Positions 20,108 to 29,156 of a DNA stretch of 64,000 nucleotides are shown in pieces (the stretch's first letter is position 1; every line of letters begins with the position of its first letter). Origin of the DNA: Candidatus Tenderia sp. GTDB taxonomy: Bacteria; Pseudomonadota; Gammaproteobacteria; Tenderiales; Tenderiaceae. Location: assembly GCA_031416075.1 (NCBI GenBank), contig JANOSY010000085.1, positions 1-64,000 on the forward strand, read 5' to 3'. Under the pieces are notes generated by a model, which had not been told where the DNA came from, did no database searches, and saw only the letters and a list, made by a program, of their open reading frames with translations. Made by a program: the position numbers and the translations under genes.

Positions 20108-21708
20108 GGCTGTGGCTCCAGTCCGCTGCCGTAGTGGAAGGTCACTACCCGTCCTAGCCATGGCACCCAGCCGGGGTTGATGTCGAGGCCGACGCGCCGC
20201 ACTGACAGACAGGCGTCGTTGAGGCGAAAGTGCAGGTTGACGTGGCTACTGTCGGCGATCAGTCGCGCTGGTATCTGCCATGTCTTTGCCTGCCACACCG
20301 CGTCACCGTAACGGTTGGCCCCCAGGTGTATGAGTGAGTTCACGGTGGCCAGGGGTGGTTGCTGTGCCAGCATCGCGCCGTTTTTCATGCCACATTCGTC
20401 GGCAATAAATTCCAGCAACGCCCCGGCGGGTGGGCAGCCGAGCGCTGTGGCCAGATCATAGAGCCAACGCCACCCGGCGCCGGGGCGGTCTGTGGGGAGC
20501 AACGCCCGCACCGCAGGCAGGTTGAGAAAGTTGATGAGGTAGAGCAAGCCACCTTGATGGGTGGTGAAGTTATGCTCGAAGGTGGTTTTGTATGTTGTTG
20601 TTGCAGAAGCTATTTCTGCTGTTGATTCTGTTTCTGAAACTGTTTTTGTGTCTGTTTCTTTATCTGTTTTTGGCGTAGCTGGATTCAAACTTCCTGTGAC
20701 ACTAAGTTCGAAGTGATTGCCGGACGACGTTGCCCTATCCAACGTTGGCGTGGGCATGGTCTCTTTAATTGATTGGGCCTCTACCTCATGTTGCTTCTCA
20801 ACACTGATCAGGCTGGGCGCTTTAGCACTGTAGTCTGGATGAAACACAGTGGAATCGGGGGCGCTGCTCCCCGGATTGCGTTTCACTCCATCCGGGCTAC
20901 CAGACTGCGCCGAGATGGTTGGCGAGTTGCCACTCATGATCCGCGTCAGCAGGCAGAGCTGTTCCGCCCCTGTTGCTCCTGTCGTCTGTGCCAACAGGGT
21001 TGGCGCTTGTTGCCACAGCGCCAACAGCGCCGCCAGCAGGGGGCGTGAATCGGTTGCTGCAACGTTGAGGAAACCAAGGTCGGTTTGTTGGCGGGGGATC
21101 AGCGCTGGCGCGACCATTATGTCGTTACTGGCGATAAGCTGACGGGCGGCCTGCACTGTCGCCGACCAACCAGCCGCCTGGGCGGCGACTGTCAGCAGCC
21201 GTTCAGCGCCACTGCTGCTAAGGCTCTGCCAGAAGGGTTGCCAGAGCTGGGTGGTGTGCAGCTGCGCCGCCACGGCGGGCAGGTACAGCGGTGACTCCTC
21301 AAGCAGGGCGACAAGCGCCGCGTCTGTGGGGTGTTGCAGTTCACCCTGCCAGCGCCGCCAGTACCAGTGGTGTTGGGCGCTGCCGTGCAGCAGGTCGCGG
21401 ATCAGGCAGGCGAGCAGGCTGGCGTGGCTGCGAAAGCGCACCGCCAGGGCGTTTGGAGCGGCGGCGGACCAGCCATCCACAGCGTTTTCGGCAAGACGGC
21501 GTGCCTGCTCGGCGGCGCGGGCGGCGATCTCGCGCGGGTTGCCGCTGGCGGTGATGCGGCGCAGAAAGAGCAGCTCCCCTGGTGCCGTGGTCGGCCAGCT
21601 GCTCTGCTCCAGCGCGGTTTTGAGGGGCGCGCGGGCGGCATCAATGGTCTCAATCGTGCCACGCAGGGTGACACGATTCAGTAGCACTGTTTCCGTGGCG
21701 GGGATCAT
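20104..21708 (-). CDS. Probable CIS tape-measure protein (Afp14-like)
   Basis: Directly upstream of the ATPase; low-complexity centre; C-terminal GGLLYLINFL...RRVGLDINPGWVPWLGRVVTFHY. Confidence 0.65.
   Translation of the reverse strand: MIPATETVLLNRVTLRGTIETIDAARAPLKTALEQSSWPTTAPGELLFLRRITASGNPREIAARAAEQARRLAENAVDGWSAAAPNALAVRFRSHASLLACLIRDLLHGSAQHHWYWRRWQGELQHPTDAALVALLEESPLYLPAVAAQLHTTQLWQPFWQSLSSSGAERLLTVAAQAAGWSATVQAARQLIASNDIMVAPALIPRQQTDLGFLNVAATDSRPLLAALLALWQQAPTLLAQTTGATGAEQLCLLTRIMSGNSPTISAQSGSPDGVKRNPGSSAPDSTVFHPDYSAKAPSLISVEKQHEVEAQSIKETMPTPTLDRATSSGNHFELSVTGSLNPATPKTDKETDTKTVSETESTAEIASATTTYKTTFEHNFTTHQGGLLYLINFLNLPAVRALLPTDRPGAGWRWLYDLATALGCPPAGALLEFIADECGMKNGAMLAQQPPLATVNSLIHLGANRYGDAVWQAKTWQIPARLIADSSHVNLHFRLNDACLSVRRVGLDINPGWVPWLGRVVTFHYGSGLEPQP
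20830..20900. repeat. Inverted pair of GTAG-tagged REP-like palindromes inside the tape-measure CDS
   Basis: GTAGTCTGGATGAAACACAGTGGAATCGGGG on + and GTAGCCCGGATGGAGTGAAACGCAATCCGGGG on -. Confidence 0.75.
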
Positions 21709-21712
21709 CGGC

Positions 21713-23566
21713 TCAGCTCCGTAGCCCCGTTACCCGCATCTCCAGGGTGAGGGAGATGTTGGGGTTGATGATGGTGGCGATGGAGGCGAGGGTTCCTCTG
21801 CTGTCGTGGTCTTCCACCCGCACTGTGGCGATCACCTGCTGTTTGTCGTCGAGCAGCTGCAACAGATTGCCCGCCGCCGGTTCGCGGTTGAGGTCGAGGC
21901 GCAGCAGTTCGCCGGGGCGGAAACGGCTCGGCAGGCTCTTTAACTGTCCCTGGAGTAGCTGTTGTGGGTCGTCGCTGGCGGCCAGTAGCAGGCAGGCACG
22001 GACGAAGTTGCCCATGGCGGTGCGGCTGTCGCCGGAGGCGTCGCTGTCGAGCTGGCGGAACCACCAGCGGACCAGCTCCACCAGGGTGCGGATGTTGTTG
22101 AAGTCATCCGCCTCGGCCCTGGCCAGATTGGGCCAGCGCTCCGGACTCTCCACTGCCAGGCGGTTGTCGTCGGCCAGGTCGGCCCAGGCTAGCCGGATTG
22201 AGGGTTTGATGGCGCGCAGGCCGCTAAGCAGACAACCGGCGGCGGCATTGAGGCGCTGGTGTAGCTGGTTGGCTGGTTCGCGCAACGCCGGGATGGGGCT
22301 GGCGAGCAGGTCTTCGAGGGCTAGAATCTTGTGCCCCTGCTGCTGCATCTCGCGTAGGGCGGTGATGGCAAACGGTTTGGCGGCGATGGTCTGTTGCATG
22401 ACCAGATGGTTTTGCAACATGCCAAAGAGCGTTGGCTGGAGGCCGGTCGGGGCGGCCGGTTGCCTGAGCTTGACCTCGATGATCTGACGTCTTCTCAGCA
22501 CCATTTGCTCCAGCGGGATGCGCCCCGGCAGCTGGTTGGAGAGGCCGCTCAACAGGGTCCAGTCAGCGGCGGGGATATCAAGCAGTGTCGCCATAAAGGG
22601 CAGCAGCTCTTCGGCCAGTGGCGTGGCGCGATTGGGGCAACCTGGTGCCAGGTCGTCAGCACTGCCGGGGCGTAGGTCGAGCGGGTCGGGCAGGGTGCGC
22701 GACAGTGGCGTCTCACGGACCCGCACGTAGTAGAGACCAAGATTGCTCTCGATGATGCGCTTGCGCTCGGCCCACTTCTGTTCAACCTCCTGCCAGTGCT
22801 CTGCCAGCAGCCGCTGGGCGACGGCGTAGTCGTCGAGCAGTTCGCTGCGTTTGGCCTCCAGCCCCTTGAGGGTGGAGTTTTCGTTGGTGATACGAACCGC
22901 TAGCTCGGCCAGCTCTGCCTGTTTCTTTTCCAGCTTTTGTTGCTGTTGCCGCCGCACCTTTACCAGGGCAAAACGCAACGCCTCCATGGTGCGGATGTCA
23001 TCGGTCATCACCATGCCGGTGGCAAAGAGTGCCGAGTGGGTATTGTGCGTGACGGTGAGGTTGGAGACCCCGCCCGTCTTGTCGGAGATGTCATCAAAGG
23101 GGATGGTGAAGGAGCCACCGAGTTTGGGCAGTGGCTTTTTTAGAAAACCGCCATTTTCGTCGGCAGTGACACCCAACTCATTGACCAGGGCGGTATACCC
23201 CACGCCGAGCTGTTTTTGCAGATACTCCTCGACCCGTGCAATCAGGGATTTGCCGGTGCCGGGCGCCTTGGTGGCGATGTCGCGCAGGGCCTCAAGGTTG
23301 ATACGGGCGTTGATGAAATGGTCGCGTATCGGCTCGATCTGACGCATGGTGCCAAATTTGGCGCTGGCCTTGGCGTAGGTCGGTTCGCTAACCGGCTCGG
23401 TGGGTGCTGCGGGCGCGGCGGGCTGCGCTGGAAAATAGGGTCCCGCCTGATACTGGAAGATGCCGGGGTTGTAAGCGGCGGCGCTCATCAGCAGCGGGGC
23501 GTTGTTCTCAACCGGTGTCAGCTTGAGTTCCTGCATGTCTGCGACGCCAAAAAATTTCTGAGCCAT
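21713..23566 (-). CDS. CIS-associated hypothetical protein with a central coiled coil
   Basis: 617-aa ORF tightly packed in the operon; heptad region RRQQQQKLEKKQAELAEL... Confidence 0.75.
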   Translation of the reverse strand: MAQKFFGVADMQELKLTPVENNAPLLMSAAAYNPGIFQYQAGPYFPAQPAAPAAPTEPVSEPTYAKASAKFGTMRQIEPIRDHFINARINLEALRDIATKAPGTGKSLIARVEEYLQKQLGVGYTALVNELGVTADENGGFLKKPLPKLGGSFTIPFDDISDKTGGVSNLTVTHNTHSALFATGMVMTDDIRTMEALRFALVKVRRQQQQKLEKKQAELAELAVRITNENSTLKGLEAKRSELLDDYAVAQRLLAEHWQEVEQKWAERKRIIESNLGLYYVRVRETPLSRTLPDPLDLRPGSADDLAPGCPNRATPLAEELLPFMATLLDIPAADWTLLSGLSNQLPGRIPLEQMVLRRRQIIEVKLRQPAAPTGLQPTLFGMLQNHLVMQQTIAAKPFAITALREMQQQGHKILALEDLLASPIPALREPANQLHQRLNAAAGCLLSGLRAIKPSIRLAWADLADDNRLAVESPERWPNLARAEADDFNNIRTLVELVRWWFRQLDSDASGDSRTAMGNFVRACLLLAASDDPQQLLQGQLKSLPSRFRPGELLRLDLNREPAAGNLLQLLDDKQQVIATVRVEDHDSRGTLASIATIINPNISLTLEMRVTGLRS

Positions 23567-23571
23567 GGTGA

Positions 23572-25170
23572 TTACCCCTTTGAGGTGTCGGTTGCAGTGG
23601 TGTCAAACGCCACCGCGCCGTTCCAGCGCATCATGCTGCTGCCGGAGCCGTCGCCCGCCACCCCGCCGGCCAAGGCGCTGAACGAGACGGTGAGGCTGTC
23701 GAGCTGCTGGCGCTGCAGGTTGAGGTAGTCGTTCAACTCGTTGAGCAGGCGGTAGCTCTCATCCAGATCCTGCTCCAGATTGGTGATGTCGTTGTAGATG
23801 CCCTCGCGTTGCAACAGCAGCTGCTCTGCGGCGGCAATAGGGTCACCCATCGAGGTGTAGTCAACGACGGCATGGGGTGAGAGCAGATGGCTGCTGTAGG
23901 GTTCGGGCAGCGGCGTGGTTGTGTCGCCCAATGCTTTGCGGCGCTGTTCAACCAGGTCATTGCGGAACAGGGTGGGGTCGCGGGGGCGAACCACCAGGGT
24001 GGGGGCTTGCGCCAGTTTAAGCTGGTCGCTATTGAGGCCGCCAAAGAGCAGCTGCCATTGTAGCCACCACGCCTTCCAGGCCTGGGCGGCGGCCATCTCG
24101 CGCTGAAACAGTTCATCTTCCAGGGCGGTGTCGCGCTGTGGCAGATCCAGCAGTTGCGGGTGGTAGTCGAGGTCGGGGATCGCCAGCAGCAGGCGGATGC
24201 GGTCGCCCAGCCCGTGGATCAGATCGACGCTGCCGCGTGGCAGCTCGCGGTCGATGACGGCACCAATGGTACTGGCGGGCACGGGCGCCAGCTCCACCTG
24301 CAGGTCGGCCGGCTGGAACATCAGTTTGGGTGTTTTGCTCGCCGCATCTTTCAACAGCATGGGTGGCAGTGGCCCGGCGGCGGGCAGGTAGTCGACCCCC
24401 AGCAGGGTGGCGAGTGAGGCACTGGCGTTGCCCTGATTACCCTTTTGCAGCCACTGTTCCAGTAGCCCGATGTTATGGGCGAGAAAGGTCCGGTAGGCGC
24501 TGTCCGGCTCGGAGAGGTAACGCCCGGCCACGGTGTCGATCCAGGCGGGGGTTTTGTTGATCACCTTGATCAGCGCCACCGGCACGGTGCCGTTGTTGGC
24601 AGCATGGGGTGATTCGTTTAAAAAGCGAACACAGATGCGGTTGGCGGCACGCGCCTGTGACATCGCCAGCAGCCGTGGATTGGCGCTGATGAACTGGAGG
24701 TTGGGCAGGATCACCGTCTCTAATCGGCGCTGCCGCAACGGGTCTAGCTCGGTGCGGGTGCAGGGTACTTGATCACTGTTTTTATCGACCTCCTCAACCA
24801 CAGCGTGCAGCGTGAGCAGGTAGAGGCCATCACCCAGTTTGTTATCCAGTTGCCGCTCCATCAGCTCGGCAAACGGTGGCCATTCCTGTTTTAGTGGATA
24901 AAAAAGCCGCAGCAGTCTGCCTGCCGCACCCACCGCCACACCGGGCTGAATGGTGAAAACGGTGAGGCTGCCACTCCCTTCAGTACGCACATCCAGGCCG
25001 CTGACAATGCCAGCAGGCAGGCCGCTGACCAGTGGCGTGATGCGGTCATCAACATAGGCCTGTAGCAGCTCGAACTCCCGTTCGCTGAGGTAGCGTCCGG
25101 GAAAGGAGTTGAGACGCCGGGGTTCGTCTGGCCCGGCTTGGGGTGTGGTGATGCGAATGAATTGGTTCAT
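23572..25170 (-). CDS. CIS fibre/baseplate-attachment-like protein (paralogue 3)
   Basis: RLNSFPGRYLSEREFELLQAY...GIVSGLDV...IQPGVAVGAAGRLL N-terminal motif; C-terminal coiled coil. Confidence 0.65.
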   Translation of the reverse strand: MNQFIRITTPQAGPDEPRRLNSFPGRYLSEREFELLQAYVDDRITPLVSGLPAGIVSGLDVRTEGSGSLTVFTIQPGVAVGAAGRLLRLFYPLKQEWPPFAELMERQLDNKLGDGLYLLTLHAVVEEVDKNSDQVPCTRTELDPLRQRRLETVILPNLQFISANPRLLAMSQARAANRICVRFLNESPHAANNGTVPVALIKVINKTPAWIDTVAGRYLSEPDSAYRTFLAHNIGLLEQWLQKGNQGNASASLATLLGVDYLPAAGPLPPMLLKDAASKTPKLMFQPADLQVELAPVPASTIGAVIDRELPRGSVDLIHGLGDRIRLLLAIPDLDYHPQLLDLPQRDTALEDELFQREMAAAQAWKAWWLQWQLLFGGLNSDQLKLAQAPTLVVRPRDPTLFRNDLVEQRRKALGDTTTPLPEPYSSHLLSPHAVVDYTSMGDPIAAAEQLLLQREGIYNDITNLEQDLDESYRLLNELNDYLNLQRQQLDSLTVSFSALAGGVAGDGSGSSMMRWNGAVAFDTTATDTSKG

Positions 25171-25194
25171 GGTCTATTCCTCTGCCGATGCCGA

Positions 25195-27726
25195 TTAACC
25201 TATCAGCGATTTCCAGATCCGCAGGTTCGCCGTTGTCATGCCCAGCTGTGCGCCGTTGTCGAGGTAGGCGTTGCCCACCGGCACCCCCTGATTGGTCGCT
25301 TGCAGCACTATGTCGCGCAGCTGCGGCAGATTTTTTGGCTCCTGGGCCACCGAGACAAGTGAGGGCCAGAGCGCCTTGTCGAACTGTGCCGGGGTCAGGG
25401 TCAGCAGGTGGACCACGGCCAGACGGGCACTGTTGTTATCGGCCACCAGCGATTCGAGTTTTTCCGCGGCGCTGGTATCGCCACCGCGCATTTTGGCCAG
25501 CTCCACCAGCGGGAAGGTGCTGCGCATCGAGATGCGTTGTGCCAGCTGGAGCTGCAGGTCGGCGCTCTTTTTCTCCGCCGCTGCCAGCTGTGTTTGCAGC
25601 GCGGCCAGCAGCTCTCTGTTTTTGCTCAACTCCAGTGCCTGGGCACTGCTCACCGCCTGTGCCTCTTGCGCCACGTTGAGCGCGTCGCTCAGTTTGAGCG
25701 TGGCGTTTTTGCTGTCGTTTTCGGCGGCGGCTTGCGCCTGCTGGGCCTTGAGCAGTTTTTCCTCGAGACCCTGCTGCTGCTCGGTGAGTGCCTTGATAGT
25801 GGCGTTGAGCCTGTCGATCTCCTCCTTAGCGGCGGCCAGATCGGTGTCGCTGCTGGTGGTGCCGCTGCTGAGTTCATCGAGTTTTTTCTTTAGTTGTTCC
25901 AGCTCGGCGGTCAGGGTTTTCAGTGTGAGTTCAGCCTCGGCCAGCTTTAACTGGATGGCGTCGCGTTCATCTTTGAATGCGCTGGCCTTGCTGTTGGCGG
26001 CATCAAGGGCCTCTGCCAGCGCCTTGATCTTTTCCTGCGCCTCTGTATCGGTGCTGCTACCCCCGGCCTCCAGCTCGGCAATCTTTTTCAGGGCAAGCTC
26101 GAGTTCGGCAGAGAGCGTGGTGATCTTGTCGGTGGCGGCGGCCAGGGCGGTCTTGAGTACGGCGGCATCCTCCGTGCCTGCTTGCAGTGCCTTGATCTGC
26201 TCCTCGGCGGCGGCCAGTTCGGCCTTTAAGGTCTGCAGCTGTGCCAGCGCCTCGTTGAGTTCAATATCGCTGCCAAGTGACTGCTCCAGCTGTTTGATCT
26301 TCTCTTCCAGCGCACTGATCTTGGCTTTGGCCTGCTCCAGTTTGGCCGTGGCGGCAACACTCTCATCCAGCGCAGTGTCGAGCTGCGCCTCCAGGCTGGC
26401 GGGATCGGGGGGCAGCGTCGTGTTGATCTCCGGCAGTTCAAAACCACGCGCCAGCACCACGGCGCTGACGTTGGTCTCGGCGGTGCGGGGTGGGCGACGG
26501 ACGTAGATCAGTTCGTCGCCGTCGGCCTCGTCCCAGATCGCCTTCCAGGCGTCGGCATCGGTATCGATGAGGTGGGTGGGCGGTTGGGTGAAGAGGCGCA
26601 ACGTCAGTCCACCAAACCAGGGCAGTTTGTTGATCACCGGCAACTGCTGCTGGGCGCTCTTTTCCAGCTGCCGGGCACGTATGGCAAAGGCCTGGTCGCT
26701 CATCGGGACCAGCACCATGATGTCGGCGTCGGCATCCCGTTGCAGATCCATGGGGGCCAGATGGGCCGACTCTTCGATGATGGCAGCCAGATCGGCACGC
26801 CGTACCGGGGCGATGGCCACCTCGTAATCCTTGGGAAAGTAGCCCTGGCGACCCGTGACGGGGTCGATGGCGCCCTTGGGTAGCGGGCCGAAGGGCGGCA
26901 GCACACGGAAGTAGCTGCTGGCGTCAAAATCATTCAGCCGTCCGCCGTTTTCACGGGCGGTCTGCACCGCGACAAACAGCTCTTGATAGTGGGTTGCCAG
27001 ATCCAGCTGCAGGGCGTTGCCAAGGTTGGGGCGGCGCAGTGGTCGGCGCAGCAGCCCCAGGTCGAGCCAGAGCGGCCGGGCCTGGTCGATGGCGATCAGG
27101 CCGAGGGCAATCACCTCGTCGCTGGGCAGGACAAAGCTGTTGCCAGCGGCGATAAACTGTTGCGCGAGGGCGGCGCGCATGGCGAGATCATCACCCCGTG
27201 GCAGGTGGATGTTGAGCGGGATCAGGGTCAGTTCGACCCCTTCGGCATAACTGCTCACCTGCCAGCTGCGGCGGCTGGCAAGGTCGGCTGGATAGGCCTC
27301 CGCGACGCCGTCCACCACCTCGGCATATTTGAGGGCAACGGCGTAGAGACCGCGGTTGAAACGACGGTAGAGCCCCTGGTTGAGGTCGGCGATGAAGCCG
27401 CTGTCCTGGAGGTCGATCTCCAGTGTCTTGCCACTCAGTTGCAGCACCCGGCCGGAGGGGGCGACGGCGATGCCGGGGTGGAGCCGTAACAGCTGGTTTT
27501 TGATCAGCTCCACCTCCAGCCCTTGTGAGATGCCGCTGCCCAATACCTGTCCCATCTCCAGCAACCGTTCGTCGAGGTAGATCTGGTCGCGGGTCAGGTC
27601 CGAGGCCTTGAGCAGCTGGCCGTCGAAGTAGTGGGTGCGGCTCAGGCGCGGGTCGATGCTGCCGATGCGGTTGCCAGCGCTGTCGCTGGTGCCGGGGGCG
27701 TAGGGCTGGAAGCTGATAGTGGTCAT
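25195..27726 (-). CDS. CIS fibre/baseplate-attachment-like protein with a long coiled coil (paralogue 2)
   Basis: RTHYFDGQLLKASDLTRDQIY...GISQGLEV...LHPGIAVAPSGRVL; ~290-aa A/E/K/L heptad region. Confidence 0.7.
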   Translation of the reverse strand: MTTISFQPYAPGTSDSAGNRIGSIDPRLSRTHYFDGQLLKASDLTRDQIYLDERLLEMGQVLGSGISQGLEVELIKNQLLRLHPGIAVAPSGRVLQLSGKTLEIDLQDSGFIADLNQGLYRRFNRGLYAVALKYAEVVDGVAEAYPADLASRRSWQVSSYAEGVELTLIPLNIHLPRGDDLAMRAALAQQFIAAGNSFVLPSDEVIALGLIAIDQARPLWLDLGLLRRPLRRPNLGNALQLDLATHYQELFVAVQTARENGGRLNDFDASSYFRVLPPFGPLPKGAIDPVTGRQGYFPKDYEVAIAPVRRADLAAIIEESAHLAPMDLQRDADADIMVLVPMSDQAFAIRARQLEKSAQQQLPVINKLPWFGGLTLRLFTQPPTHLIDTDADAWKAIWDEADGDELIYVRRPPRTAETNVSAVVLARGFELPEINTTLPPDPASLEAQLDTALDESVAATAKLEQAKAKISALEEKIKQLEQSLGSDIELNEALAQLQTLKAELAAAEEQIKALQAGTEDAAVLKTALAAATDKITTLSAELELALKKIAELEAGGSSTDTEAQEKIKALAEALDAANSKASAFKDERDAIQLKLAEAELTLKTLTAELEQLKKKLDELSSGTTSSDTDLAAAKEEIDRLNATIKALTEQQQGLEEKLLKAQQAQAAAENDSKNATLKLSDALNVAQEAQAVSSAQALELSKNRELLAALQTQLAAAEKKSADLQLQLAQRISMRSTFPLVELAKMRGGDTSAAEKLESLVADNNSARLAVVHLLTLTPAQFDKALWPSLVSVAQEPKNLPQLRDIVLQATNQGVPVGNAYLDNGAQLGMTTANLRIWKSLIG

Positions 27727-27736
27727 GGTCTCTGCC

Positions 27737-28711
27737 TCACTTGCGGATCAGTTGTGCCAGGGTGGTGGCGTTAAAGATGAATGGGCGTACCAGGTTGTTG
27801 ACGCTGACGCGGCGCGGGTTGACGATCAACTCGCGTGCCGCTGTCAGGCGGATGGCGACTCGGGCCAGCAGGGTGCGCGCCAGCTCGGCGGCGGTGATGG
27901 TCAACTCCTGACGTGGTGCCAGCGCGTTGTTGTCATCACCCAGGGTGTAGAGCAGACGGGCAGCGAGCTGGAGCTGCTCTTTTTCACTGCTGCTGGCGGC
28001 GTCGATCTGGTCGCGCTCCCCCTGGCTGAGTCGGTTGGCGAGGTCGGTGTCCCACGCCGGCAGGGCGTTGTGGGCGGCAAAGGGGTGGTCGCCCGTGGCA
28101 GCGTCAGCGGGGCGCTCCGCCACCAGTTCAAACAGTACACAATCCTGAAGGCGGCTCGGCTTGACCGCATCGGTGCTGGCGTTGACATCGGTGGCCAGTA
28201 CCGGTTGCAGGCCGCTGGGGTTCTCCTGGTAACGCATGGTGACCTTGAGCCAGAGCAGGTCTACGGTCTCACTGGCGATGGTAGTCTGTTCGTAGCCGTC
28301 ACGGATCAGGGCCCCCCAGCGGTCGTTCTCTGTGTCTTCGAACTGGCTGGTGAGCCAGGCACCCAGGTCGATGCAGTAGGGTTCGGAGACGGTGACTTCG
28401 CGCCCCAGGCCGTCGACGCCGATGCCGGGTGAGACATGCAACCGGACTCGGGCGGGGGTGACATCGTCGCCTGGCTCGTCGCCCGGATCGTCGCCCTTGG
28501 CGTTGATGCGTAGCCCGGCCACGGTGCCGCTGCCGTGCAGCCAGTAGCCGTGGCGGTTGAGGTGGCGACGGTGGTACTCCTGCTCGGCGCGGGTCGCCTC
28601 CAGCCCCAGCAACATGCCGGGTTGGTAACTGACCCGCTTGAGAGCGGCCTTGAAGTCGGCATCGGCGGCTAAACCGGCGTCTTGCAGTTCCGAATTGTCA
28701 GATTGGCTCAT
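27737..28711 (-). CDS. CIS fibre/baseplate-attachment-like protein (paralogue 1)
   Basis: RVSYQPGMLLGLEATRAEQEY...GTVAGLRI...VSPGIGVDGLGREV; AAGGAG SD. Confidence 0.7.
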   Translation of the reverse strand: MSQSDNSELQDAGLAADADFKAALKRVSYQPGMLLGLEATRAEQEYHRRHLNRHGYWLHGSGTVAGLRINAKGDDPGDEPGDDVTPARVRLHVSPGIGVDGLGREVTVSEPYCIDLGAWLTSQFEDTENDRWGALIRDGYEQTTIASETVDLLWLKVTMRYQENPSGLQPVLATDVNASTDAVKPSRLQDCVLFELVAERPADAATGDHPFAAHNALPAWDTDLANRLSQGERDQIDAASSSEKEQLQLAARLLYTLGDDNNALAPRQELTITAAELARTLLARVAIRLTAARELIVNPRRVSVNNLVRPFIFNATTLAQLIRK

Positions 28712-29121
28712 GCCAGAACTCCTTTTTGATGTTGCGTGCTGCCAGGTTTAAATCCCCCCTGGCCCCCCTTTTTCAAAGGGGGGAAGGGTAAGAGGGTGGT
28801 GCAGACGCCGTCACTAAAACTAAACACCATCATTTCCTCTTTTGAAAAAGGGGGTAAGGGTAAGAGGGTGGTGCAGACGCCGTCACTAAAACTAAACACC
28901 ATCATTTCCTCTTTTGAAAAGTGGGGGAAGGGTAAGAGGGTGGTGCAGACATCGTCACTAAAACTAAACACCATCATTTCCTCTTTTGAAAAGTGGGGGA
29001 AGGGTAAGAGGGTGGTGCAGACGCCATTACTAAAACTAAACACCATCATTTCCTCTTTTGAAAAGTGGGGTAAGGGTAAGAGGGTGGTGCAGATGCCATC
29101 GCCAAAATTAAGCACCATCAT
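28708..29121 (-). CDS. Possible 137-aa repeat peptide (5x MMVFSFSDGVCTTLLPFPHFSKEE-like); translation unproven
   Basis: Open frame across the array with ATGA overlaps to both neighbouring genes. Confidence 0.3.
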   Translation of the reverse strand: MMVLNFGDGICTTLLPLPHFSKEEMMVFSFSNGVCTTLLPFPHFSKEEMMVFSFSDDVCTTLLPFPHFSKEEMMVFSFSDGVCTTLLPLPPFSKEEMMVFSFSDGVCTTLLPFPPLKKGGQGGFKPGSTQHQKGVLA

Positions 29122-29156
29122 TCCCCCCTTTGAAAAAGGGGGGTTAGGGGGGATTT
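28750..29156. repeat. Five tandem 72-bp units enclosed by 36-bp inverted palindromic repeats
   Basis: Units start at 28786, 28858, 28930, 29002 and 29074. 28750-28785 matches the reverse complement of 29121-29156 at 34/36 nt. Confidence 0.95.

Noticed and set aside
25292-26506. Long plus-strand ORFs inside the island (e.g. this 404-aa one)
   Set aside because: Antisense shadows of GC-rich coding genes
28708-29121. Multi-core RiPP precursor
   Set aside because: No leader peptide or modifying enzymes nearby; the repeat is explained by DNA-level palindrome expansion
28786-29145. CRISPR array
   Set aside because: Whole 72-bp units are near-identical with no unique spacers, and no cas genes are in the window
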